Source of the DNA: Phallusia mammillata
Taxonomy: Eukaryota
Assembly: GCA_965637545.1 (NCBI GenBank)
Contig: OZ281498.1
Span: 17,608,001 to 17,672,000, forward strand
Direction of reading: 5' to 3'
Length of the DNA stretch: 64,000 bases
A program made the translations under genes and the position numbers. Shown here one piece after another: positions 13,501 through 25,500 of this stretch. Positions within the stretch are counted from its first letter, which is position 1. The number at the start of each line of letters is the position of its first letter. Under the pieces are notes generated by a model. That model saw only the letters and a list, made by a program, of their open reading frames with translations. It ran no database searches and was not told the origin of the DNA.

Positions 13501-16500
13501 CGAAACGAAAACTAAAGCAAAGTTTGTTGCACCTTTTAGTCGGTAAGTTCATGTTTATTTGTTTTAATTTCTACTGCTACAGGTTAAGCTATTGTCCACA
13601 TTTTTCAGGCTAGAGTCAAGAACCCAAATAACAGAAATAAGTCGCAATTTAGCATTAACCTTGACTGCAAAACCTCAAATACCTCTTATTCTGTGACTAT
13701 AGCTAAAATATGTATTGGAATATACATACTATAACCTATGCTAAAGATTCTGTAATACATAAAAGTTTCTTAGCATTTTAACCTTCAGTTCACTAAGTAG
13801 GCTACAACCTATTAGGACACAGATACTAAGTTGTTCTGTAAATATAACTGTCAAACATTAATACCTTTCTTTTCCAGGTTTTGAGGTAATCCACCTTGAA
13901 GCCAATACATATATCTCGAGAAAAATTGAAAACCATGGCTGTACCCATTTGGTAAGTGCCTCAAGCTAACACAGTTTTTTTAATAGTGACCTTTTTTGAT
14001 CTTGTAATGAACAACTTTGTCTCCTACTGGCTGTAGAATGAAGGACGACAACACATTTCAATTAACGTACAGATCTACAACTTCGATTCAACATAGTCTT
14101 CGGTTAGGATTTACGAAATAATTAAGTACTTAACCGTGAAAATGTTACTTATTAACTGCTTGTTTTCTTGGAAAGCCAGTGGTGGCCCGCATGGCCTAAC
14201 ACAAACTTCTAGTAAAAATGTCCTTCTGCGGACAAAAAATACAAAAATGCAATTTACACTGATCGCGATTTTCGGATATCTAGAAACAGTTCCAACACAC
14301 AACAGCTTATTGTATTCTAATGGCACGTTTGCTGCTAAACTGCGCACCCTTGTTCTACGTTATACCAGAAACAGGTATTACAAGACCATGGTTTTGTTTA
14401 AAACCATGCCCAAACGTCAGTGATCATAGCATCCCTAAACAAAACCAAGTCGGGTGACACAATATTCAAAAACAGGTTGCGTGACATGTCTGTACTGTAC
14501 TATCAAAATTTTACCACGTTTCAACGCTTTTCGCAGGGATGAATATGAGCGAAATGGGTGTCACGAAAATAGCGACCGTGGCGAACAGTACCAAGAGGAA
14601 CTTAACGAAAACGCTGAAGATTCGACAATTCAGCCTCCTGAGCTTCCGCCTGAGTCTGACGAAGATCCAGAGTCAGACTCGGGAGAATATAGTCGTGACG
14701 TCACGAGCTCGGAAGATGACGACAGTGAAGAAGATCGTGATGACGACATGTTACCAGATGAGGATGGTTTTGACCAGAGCGACAAAACCGCGGAAAACAA
14801 TGGAATATTTCCAAAGCGAAACGTCGCTAGACGTTGAGGTCAGCGACAAACAAATTGTACAGATACAATGTAGTGTAAAATGTTGTCAGTAAAAATGTAT
14901 TTATCGTGTACAGAATTGTGTAGTGTGTACTCGGATGCATAACGTTTTGAAACTGTTAAGTCTTTTCCAAACAATTCACGACTAGTTCAACGAAGAATCT
15001 ATGTCACTTTTTTGTTCATTGGCACGTGACAAAGGTTCAACCGAAAGCAGAAATAATTGACATGTTTTGAGGGTAGATACATGTAAAAAATATGCATGGA
15101 GATTGCATGAGTTTGAGACATCTGTAAATTTCGTCTTTTAAATCTGCCACGGAAGAGAAAAGCCTCTGACCTAAGGTATACTTGTCGCTCCTTGTTTTCT
15201 AATTGTTTTGCTCATTACCTGTTTCATTTAAATTAGCACATCTCTTCTGTTAATCGTATACACACGAAAATGACAATCGTTAAATCAAAAATGGTTTACA
15301 CTGAGATATTGGCATAGTATTTCAAGCTCTTGTTTTACGGTTTGTTGATTATAATCATTATTGGAGATACAGATGGCATGATTTTTGCCTTAATAGGATG
15401 TCATTAGGCTAGTTATTCTTTGAATGAAAGGCTGGTGTAATCTAAAGCGACTTGTGCAATGATTGATTTAATCACGTTTTATAATTCAAGATACCAAGAA
15501 ATAGGCTATGATTCAGAGATGGTTAATTTAATTATCCCTGGATAGCAGTTGCAACTTTTCTCTACATAATCACCCTGCAAAATACACAAACACGCGAAGT
15601 TAAAAAAAAGACATCGAAATTTACTTCTGAGTCAAACCAAGCATGTTTGTACATTTTTTCGGGTGAGGTATGGTTTAAACGTTTCAGATTGTAAATGAAG
15701 TTAGTAGAAATTGTCGCTGTTAACTCTTAGTTTTGTTGTACGTGCTGCAATTTATGCTGTTTGCTCGCAATATCATATCATACAATACAAATGTAAACAC
15801 CACAAGGTTTGTGCATTAACCGTCAAGTGACAACATTAATGCCTAAATACAGTGGTAACATTGCAGTATGGTTACAATCTGTGCCTCCGTTAATCAAATT
15901 AATTGTAGACATTTTATTGGTTTGTTAAAACTACAAAGGTGTAAATAAAAGGTGTACTAAGCATTGTCGTAGATACTTTTAGTTTGAGATTTATTTGTGG
16001 AAACTGGTCGAGACTAAAGTTTCGGCAAAGCTACGAAGTGTCATCGAGGGTTACTTCAATACACTTGCTTCACGTGACTGCATGTGTCGTCATCACACGT
16101 AATCAGCACTCAGAGTTTAATGTTACTGTTGGTAGGCACTCAGCCGCAAGTAAACGTTTAAAAAACGCATGCGCAAGGTTTAAAAAACAAATTTTGCACA
16201 GGCCTTTCTGAACGGCATAGAAATGGAATTGACGTCCAACAACGTAAGAAAGCAAATGAGCGTGTAAAGGACATTGCCAGTGGGAGTCCGAGTGTGTCAT
16301 AATAAGAAAGCAAACAAAACTACGAGTCGTACGATACTTTTTTAAGTCATGAGTATTTTGAGCCTTGCTAAATGACTTTAGACAATATACACAAATGTTA
16401 ATATGTATAGTACTAAATGCCGCATTGGTTTGCTTAACGCTTTAAATCCAAACGGCTGTACTGCTACAAATCAAGAAACGGTTTAAAAGGTCAATGAATT

Positions 16501-19500
16501 CTCAGCGCAGTAATTTGGTTCCTCTTTCCAAACTACACGTCACAAAAACTGATCATTGCTTATTAAACCGGAAGTTACCAGTGCGCAATACACGGACACT
16601 TTCCAAGGCGGAAGTCACTTGATTCATGTTCTAAAATAGTCTTACATATCCAAAAATGGTTTCATTCATAGAACAATATTCAAAAAGCATTTTTGGGCCT
16701 TCGAAAGAAATGGGGATTTAACTGAAGGGTAATTGTTGGTATAGCGGACTTTGATATTGCATCACGAGGTACTTGTTGTGGCGGAAGTGTACCGGAAGTG
16801 GATGCCTTCGTGCCAGCGAAAGTTTAGGAAGAAAATGATAAATGGGGATTGTTTACCATGGTGACTCATGTCTACCATGGCAACGTTCACTGCAGATAAT
16901 CTTTGCTTAGAAAATTATTGGCACATATTATCCAAGGCGCCACGCATGTAATGGACTTGTTATATTAGACGTCATATTAAGACGAAATGATTTGTACGCA
17001 ACTGATTTAATTACTTTTTGATAGGTCTTGTGTGCTATAGCTGTTTAAACTGCGACGTGTTTGATTCGACCCCTGCTAGTGAATTGCGACGATGTTTTTT
17101 TTACGCAACGTCTGTACTTTTTAATACTTTGTGAAATCTATATCCAATCCAATAACAAGGCACATAAATTAACAAGAAGGTACTGGTGCAATCAGCTCGT
17201 TCGAATATCAATGATTAATTTGGACACTTTTTATCACAGCCAAGTAAATTAAGCTGGTCAAATACATCAACACGTCAAATAGTAAACCGATAGTCTTAAG
17301 TAACATTAGGACTTGACCACGATAATGTTCAATTAGTAAACCCGTAAAGTGAAATTTAAACTACGATTGACCCTAAAAACAGTCGAAATATGGTCTCTGA
17401 CAGTGGCATGCATAGTTTTTCTTTGAATAAAATGCTGGTGCAATCTAAAGCGACTTGTGCAAATATTGCTATTGGCACGCGGTAGTTTGCGATACCACGA
17501 AATTTGATTCAGAGAAGGTTAATTATCTTTTGGATCGCGGTTGCAACTATTCTTTACGTATTCACCATGGGAAATATACAAACACTCTAATGTTAGCAGG
17601 AAGACGTTCATTGGTAACGAAGCAAATAGATGGATAAAAAAGCCATTTCGTACACCATTAAGTGGTCGTTATCCAAGGTAAACAACATTCCATGGTCAAC
17701 AAGAAGACTAAAAATCATGTGTCAGTACCAGAAGTAGTACAAACAATCACTGTCACAGGGCAATTACAGTTGAGACAGAAAAATTATCTACTTTCAAATG
17801 GTGTCCTTTTGCTGAATTTTAGCGATCTGCGCTTAATATTTGCAAGATGTCGTAAACAAATCCGCTTGGTTCTGTTTCTTTAGTGTGTGCGCGACCTTCA
17901 GTAACATTAGGACTTTTGACGTTTAAACATTTGTACTTAATAAACCTTAGTGACCCGATTTAGGCTAAAGTGGTTTGCCGAGTACCACAAACAAAAATGT
18001 GTAATCAAGATACTTTGCCCAGTTTTTCCATGAGGTAATCCAGGTACTTTGACCCGTTTACCGTGTGCACATTAAAGGTCGAACATTACCTCTTGTCAGT
18101 AGTTTGAACCAGATGTTTTTAATCAGCCTAAAATATCAATGTTATAGTTATTGGTCAATTCAGTACAAAAACTCAAAAATTTTCTGCAATGTTTTGTGTA
18201 CAAAATTAAAAAAACAGACCATTCATTCAATTTCAACCCTCATCTTGGCCTGAAATAACCTCCATCGAACCTTGAGTAACACATCACGCCACAAACGCAT
18301 GAACGTGGACTGTGACAACCAAGAGCGGCACATACACAACAAGGGTTTACGCACAATTCCATCTGTGTTTGCACATACAGTACCTTTTTCAAAACCCTAG
18401 GATCAATTTTGCTGCAATGCTTCATGAGTCAGCAGCTCAGATAAAGTAATTCACCAGTAATTTTCCATCGGGCTTCTTTGTTTATGAGGCAGTGGTCAGT
18501 TTGCACAACCAATATGTAAAAACGACAGCAGTCATTAGGTTTTGGAACTTATTAACCATATGTCGAACACAAAAGGTGATGACGAAACTTTATTGCGCCA
18601 TGCTAAACCTTCGGACAACCACCATTTTTTAGTTTAACAACCAAAACAAAGACATTTGATTAAACTAGTTTAACAGCGGACCTTGCAATTGCAGTTTCAA
18701 ATTCAAAAATAGTTCAACAGAAATTATTTGTAACAATAATTGTTTTATAATTGTTAAATAAACCTGCACTTTGTGTGCTTTGATTTGAAGCAAATAATTA
18801 ATTGCAAATATGCTGCCACTTTTTCTGAATTGCGGATACCGCAATAAATATGATGCAATCCAAAGAAATGCAATCAGTTAGCTGAAAAAGGGGAAGTTTA
18901 GGGTGAATACCCACGCGCCATTTTCTCTACAAAACGAAGGTATTGGCTGAAGTCGAGATCTATGCTCAGTCAATCAGGGAGAACAGAAGTGATTTATTAC
19001 GTGGTTATTCGGTTGTTACACAAGACACAAGTGAAACATACAGGTGTATTAATTTTTTACCATAACCGGTTGAAGCCTACAACCAGAAACAAAAACGGTT
19101 TTCACTGTAGGCAAAGTGACTGTTTGAGCAGGGCTGAAACAAAACAGAGATAATTTCTTTACATAAGTTGCGGCTTCAGGGGAATAGACTTTATTCGAAA
19201 AGGTTGTTAAAATCCATTAGAACAGCTATTACATTTTTAAGTTTGCTCAAGACCTTAGCAAAAACACTGTTTGCATTTCGCGTTAAAAACAATGCTTTGC
19301 ACATAAAAATAAGCTTTTATTAGTTTACAAAACTTTATAGCTGTATGGTTTCGCTAACAAAAATATTCTTACATCATGTTTCAGTATAACCACCAAATCA
19401 ACTGTTGAACGAAACTACGTCTTGTTGTATTGTTCAGAATTTGTTGCATTAGATTAGACTGTCCGTTAAATTGTACCCCATCAAGTAAAATTTGTCTCAG

Positions 19501-22500
19501 TTCAATATTCATGCAACGGATCGCCCAAAAGTTTCGACCATACGTTGCTGGTTTATTTCAAGTTGACGCCAGCGAATACAAAACTTTTCGAAACTAAACA
19601 AGCAAAGTTTGTTCCACCTGCCAGTTTTTGCTTGTTGGTAAGTTCAAGTATATTGGTTTTAGTTTCTATACTTTACAGAAGTTAATGTCCACATTATAAA
19701 TCTACAAACCAAATCACAGATTTAAGTCGAAAAGTTATAATGTTGATTGGTACCAGTACAATTTTTGACGTTTAATCCTATGTGCTGCATTTAAACAAAC
19801 TATTTAACGACCATTAATTTGACCACATATGACCTTAAGTAATCATTTCAAATTAGGACAAAGACACAACAGGAAAATGAAATAGGCCAATGCGTTTTTT
19901 ATTAACTTGTCAAACATAAATTGCATGAAAAAACAACTCATTCATAGCTTTCAAACTGTTTTTAGCACGTTTCCCAACAGTAGGAACTAATAACTACAAA
20001 TGTAAGACTTACCAGGCCATTGCTTTTCTTTCAGTTTTGAAATAAATCTTCTTGAAGCCAAGACATACTGTATATCTCGTGATCATTGAAAAACATGGCT
20101 GTGCCTATTTGGTAAGTGTCCAGCGCTAAAAAGATTCCTTCTAAAGTAAACTTTTTTCGACCTTATACAACTTTCAACCGAGGAGGCAGTACAATGAGGA
20201 AACACCTTTGACATTACTTGCAAATTTACAAATCCAATCCCAGTTCCTCTGTAATATATGTCCAGTGTCATCGAACAGATTTAAAGTTAAATGGCTTTTC
20301 AGCATGTTACTCTCAACAGTGCCTTAAGGTGGCTTCACTAGCCTATACGAAGGTCGTGCCACCAGCTTCACTGTTGAGACCGTACAGGTCGAAACAATGT
20401 GCACCGCCTGAGGCTCGATTCAACATAGGTTTTGGGTTAGGTTTTCGTGGTTGTAATGTAGGAAACAGAAATACTTTACCTTAAAAAGTTACTTATTAAC
20501 CAGCCTACATGTTTTTTAACACAACTGTTGTAGCCCGCATGGCCAAAAAGAAACTCTTTGTGAACAAAGTATACTGTAATAAAAAAAATACTACTATACA
20601 ATTCAAACCGGGATCTTTTAAAGACCTAGTAACAGTGTCAAGGGCCCCTATTGTTACATTTTGTCCAGAAAAGGATCAATTAATAACCATGAGTTTGATT
20701 CGTTTCATACCTAAACGTCAGTGATTAGACGCATCCTCGAAAGAAGCCTATCTTTATGACACAATATTCATGTTAGGTAACATATAACTGTAGAAAAATT
20801 ACCATCTAAATTATACCACGTATAAACGCTTTTCGTAGGGATGAATATGAGCCGAAAGGACGTCAGGAAAATAGCGATCGTGGCGAACAGCACCAAGAGG
20901 AACAAAACGAAAACGTTGAAGATTCAGCCACAAACCAGCCTCCTGAGCATCCGCCCGAGTCTGACGAAGATCTAGAGTCAGACTCGGGGGAGGATAGTGA
21001 CGTCATAAACTCGGAAGATGACGACAGTGAAGAAGGTAGTGATGACGACATGCTACCAGATGATGATGGTTTCGACCAGGCCGGCAAAACCGCAGAAAAC
21101 AATGGAATATTTCCGAAGCGAAACCTCACCCGACGTTGAGGTCAGCGAATTGTACATATACAATGTAGTGTTGAATGTTGTCAGTGAGAAATAATTTACT
21201 ATGTACAATTTTATTTTGTGTGTAGTTAAATATTTTGAGAATGTTAAGTCTGTTTCTTTAAATTTAAATTTACGACTAGTTTAACAACAACAATGAATCT
21301 ACGTCACTTTTCATTGGCACGAGACAGAGGTTCAACGGAACATTTTTTTAAAAGTTTACGTTGTAGATTTTGGATTAAGCAGTGGCGTTCATACGATATT
21401 AAATCTTTAGAAATAAATGTACATATTTTATCGATGTTTGTTTGTGAATATTAAAACATTGAAAAGAGACTATGTTTTACTGTAGTCAGTCTTAGGGCAT
21501 TCTTTTGGACAGCACAGTTAAAACGTTTGATTGATTCCAAGGCACACGCTTCAGGTTATTGCAACGTATTACACCAATCGTTAAGCACACACAACGTTTG
21601 GTCGTAAAACCGATCGTACAGCCCAGACAAACGCAGGGCAGAAAAAGGATTTGTAGAGTGGGTAAAGTCAAACAGTTTGTTGACTAAAGCTAAGTGAAGC
21701 AAAAAATAGCTTGTGTGGAAACGAGATAGTTGGATTAAGTTGAAATCGCATTACAAAGTGGTAGAGTGTGCCCATCAGAAACAAACGATTCAGTCAAACT
21801 GCCTGCTAACTGATTTCATTAAATATTCGTAAAAATAAGAAATGCATTTACACTGTCACATTGCTTTTAAGAAAACAATTTAAGACACCAACACGTTTCA
21901 CGTAAACTAACCTTACTTATATACAGAGAACACTGTATATAGGCTAAGTGTTTAAAACTACAAACTGAACTTCACAATAAACCAAGTTTACAAATAGACC
22001 TAAACTACCTCCTTTGTAGTAAATGGACATATTTGTCTGGAAAATGAGACTATAACTTAAAAGGACACAATTTCTCAATTCTTAAATATATACCTTGGAA
22101 CTTTATTTAACTTGATTGTGCATTGTAGTTTAAATATGTGTATAAACTTAATATTTTTTCAAACTTATACTAGTTAGATTTAAAGCAAAGTCAAATCTAA
22201 ACGTACCTCTGGGTGGGTGTTCAAGGGTAAATTCTTGATGTATTTGATGTATTCCTCGTAATCCCTTTCGTCAGGGGCGAAATAGACATCGTTTGATGAA
22301 AACTTATATCCAGCAGTTTCGAAGACTTCCGAACACATGAAATTGCTGAGCAAGCTTTTTAATAACCGCCTGTCGTAGTCGTCGGTCACTCTACCACCGT
22401 AGTTACATTCACCTAAAAGAAAATTGTTGCCGTTTGCTGACAGGGTATTCCGCCCAAGCAAAAACACATAAATTCTGAAAGTTACTTCGCGGGCCGCACA

Positions 22501-25500
22501 AAACCCCTTAGGGGGCCGCATGCGGCTTGTGGGCCGCGTGTTTGATACACCCCTGGTTTACAGTTTTGTTGCTGTTTTTGTATACAACTGTATATTATTA
22601 GAGTCCTCTTACCAATAAGGTAGTTTAGTGCAACCAGAGGTACTTCGTCATAATCTTTTAGAAACATTTGAGTTTGCCTGACGCTGATACGCAGGTCGGA
22701 CTCGTTAAATCCATACGATATATTCCAACCAAGAGGTCCGAAATTTCGTCGTTCTTGAACGAGAGCGTGAAAGAAACACAATGAGAAGAGAATTTTCTTC
22801 CATGTCTAAGTAACACGACAACAACATTAAAAACGTTAACAGTAGCTACTGCAGGTATTCAGGCTGTGAATAACTCTAACTTTTATACATTAACGCAATT
22901 TACAGTTAGAGAGGCAGCCCTTTTACGAAAAGGTGTATTTACTCATTGCTTCAAAATCTATATTACCTAAATTGTAATTATAGCCTGTCTGTCAAGGTTT
23001 TTTTAACCAAAAATGGCGTGACCGACACCCACAATATCTATTGTTCTTTAGCGCCCACTCTCGGATAACTTATTTGGAGTAATATTTGTTTAATTCATTT
23101 TTTGCTCGAGTTTTTCACCTAGTGTACAAATTATTTGGCGGATGTATTTTGCATCACAATTATACTCTTTTATAAGTTTTTCTTACTATGGACACCCACG
23201 GACAAATAACCAGGTTTAGAATTTGAAAGTATAGAAGCTTGAAATTTGAAATGTACGCAAGGACCCATTGAAACCTCAGGTTAAAAACCACTAGCCGAAA
23301 TTTAAAAAAGCTCTTCAAAAAAACAAAAATAATAAAACTCTCATACCGAATCTTTATCCTCTGAAATGCCGTGAAAAAATGTAAGATCTGATATAGGGTC
23401 GTTTTTGTATGAGCGAAGTAGATTAGCTCTCAATCCCTTGGGTGGTTCGTTTGTCATCTTGACACTGTTTTGCAATACGGGAACGGGAAATTCGGGTGAT
23501 GGATAACTTGTCAACCACAAACGAAACTCGTCACGTGTCGTAGTTTTATCAGTGATAACCTGTAGAAAATGTAACTGGTTTTGTATTTTTAGGTGGCAAA
23601 ATATCTATTAAAGATTTGCGCTATAGTTTAGATTATATCAGAGGCTCTGAACATACTGTCGTTTGAGCCTTGGTCGCTTTTAAACATCAGCATTTTGCAA
23701 ACAACAAAGTCCCAATTGTTGCAAAATCAACTACTGGATGAGTTTATTGTTTTCAAACTGTCGCCTTTTTATACTTGTAAAATGACTCAGTGCAATCATG
23801 CATAACAAATTAAGTTTAGATATTCGGCCTTCGACAACTTTGCAATAAACAAAAGTACATTAACAAATTTATTTAAAACAGCATTAACAATTGGACCTTC
23901 ACTTATTTCTCAAACAAAAAAATGTATTTGCATCCCAAACCACAAACAAAAATGGATAATTCCACAAGGCGTGCAATTAGATTTATTATCCGACTTTGTT
24001 TACCTCTTCACAAATTCTTCGTAATTCGGGCAACCACGAAACAGCCAAATGGCAATTCTGTAGAACAATCCAAGTCCCGTTATGTCTTGCATGCTCGATC
24101 ATTCGCTCCGCTATAGGGCCTTGACCTTGACCGAGAGAGATAGTTTGCATGCCAGATGACATACCTAAAAACATTGGATGTTAAAATTCAGTGCAGTGGA
24201 ATTTCCTTTGGATTAAAATTGAGCTAGAATTTATCGTATTGTTTGTAAAATAAGCACGTTAAACAGCATGATTTTGGCAATTCCGAGGAGTATCCTACCA
24301 TGCGTATTGCGTACACAGATTCAAAGCAGCAGAACAAAAATTCAAACAATTTTGTTCATATCCAATGCAAAGAAAAAAACATGTTAAAACTATTCGTTGT
24401 TCTCTGAAACATTCTGGATCAAGCAGCTATATGGTTCACTTTTATCATAAAAATACACAATTGGGACAATAAACTGGTGGATTATTACAATCGCTACTAA
24501 CAGGCATTTAAAAAGTACTATTTACTAATACATGCAAGACTACGTTGTGTTTTGAGATATGGTACGATTTTTCCCTCGGGTGTATGACATAATCAGGTTC
24601 ATGCAAATCGTTTTTGATTGTAGTTTTGTCTACGCCCAACGACATACTGTATACAATTCCCTCCTGATTGGAGCTCTGCGGTGCCAAATTATTCTCGGTT
24701 TCCTTGGGTGTTGTAATTTTGACGTTGAACGGAAATTCAGTAAGCTTCTCGGTTTCAGCACTTCGACCGGGGGCTAATGTTACTTCGGGTACACCACTTA
24801 ACATCGGCGGAGAAAGAAGCGACTTTTTCCCGTGTACGGACTCGCCAAAGCCTGACATTGATTCAGTCATGCCCAAAAGCCGCCCACTAATTTCATTTGC
24901 CGTTATAGTTGGGGCTTCAGTCGGCATTGGGGGCCGTGGGGGCGACCTAGGGCGCAATGACGCCCTTCTGGAGAGTGGGTTCCTGGGTGTTTTTGGGGTA
25001 GTTGCTTGTGTGGTGGTCGGTTCTATGATACCTAGGGTGATGGACATGCACGATGTAACGTTTACGTGACATGCAGAAATTAAGATGACGGTGCAGTTTT
25101 GTGACGGTTACAAAAAATGAAAAATAACGGATATAACACAAGAACTGCATACAATTGGTACATAAGTGTAAAGCAAAAACAAATGAAAATCTAAATTATG
25201 ACAACGTGCAAGAAAATATGAACAGTTTTTAAAGAAAACTATGGATAAAAAACTATTTTGGAAAACATGTTTTCATAAACGCTCCCTGAAAATTTATAAA
25301 TATTCAAGTTAGAACTTTTGGCAAAACCACGCAAGTATTAGCTTTTTACTGCTGTTTTTAAAGTGAAAATTTGTTGAAACATTTATATTAACCTTTTTCC
25401 TCTGCAAACTTTACCAAGCTCGCCATCGGATCAGCACCAGGTGATAAAATAAATATAAGCGGAGTTGAAGAATCAGAATCTTGATAACTTGAATGCAGGT

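Larger units (their letters stand above)
9250..21340 (+). repeat. Diverged ~6-kb tandem segmental duplication carrying acidic genes B and C
   Basis: Matching blocks (approximate boundaries): ~9280-10570 with ~15630-16870; ~12590-12750 with ~18430-18590; ~13415-15040 with ~19500-21340. Confidence 0.8.

Noticed and set aside
8612-14892. Alternative-frame ORFs 8612-8965 and 14539-14892 (also minus-strand 20863-21129)
   Set aside because: They overlap the acidic exons in other frames; the splice phase and shared C-terminal motif support the acidic frame.
24668-25069. 133-aa + strand ORF
   Set aside because: Antisense shadow of the GC-rich candidate dynein cassette exon; non-ATG start and no splice support.
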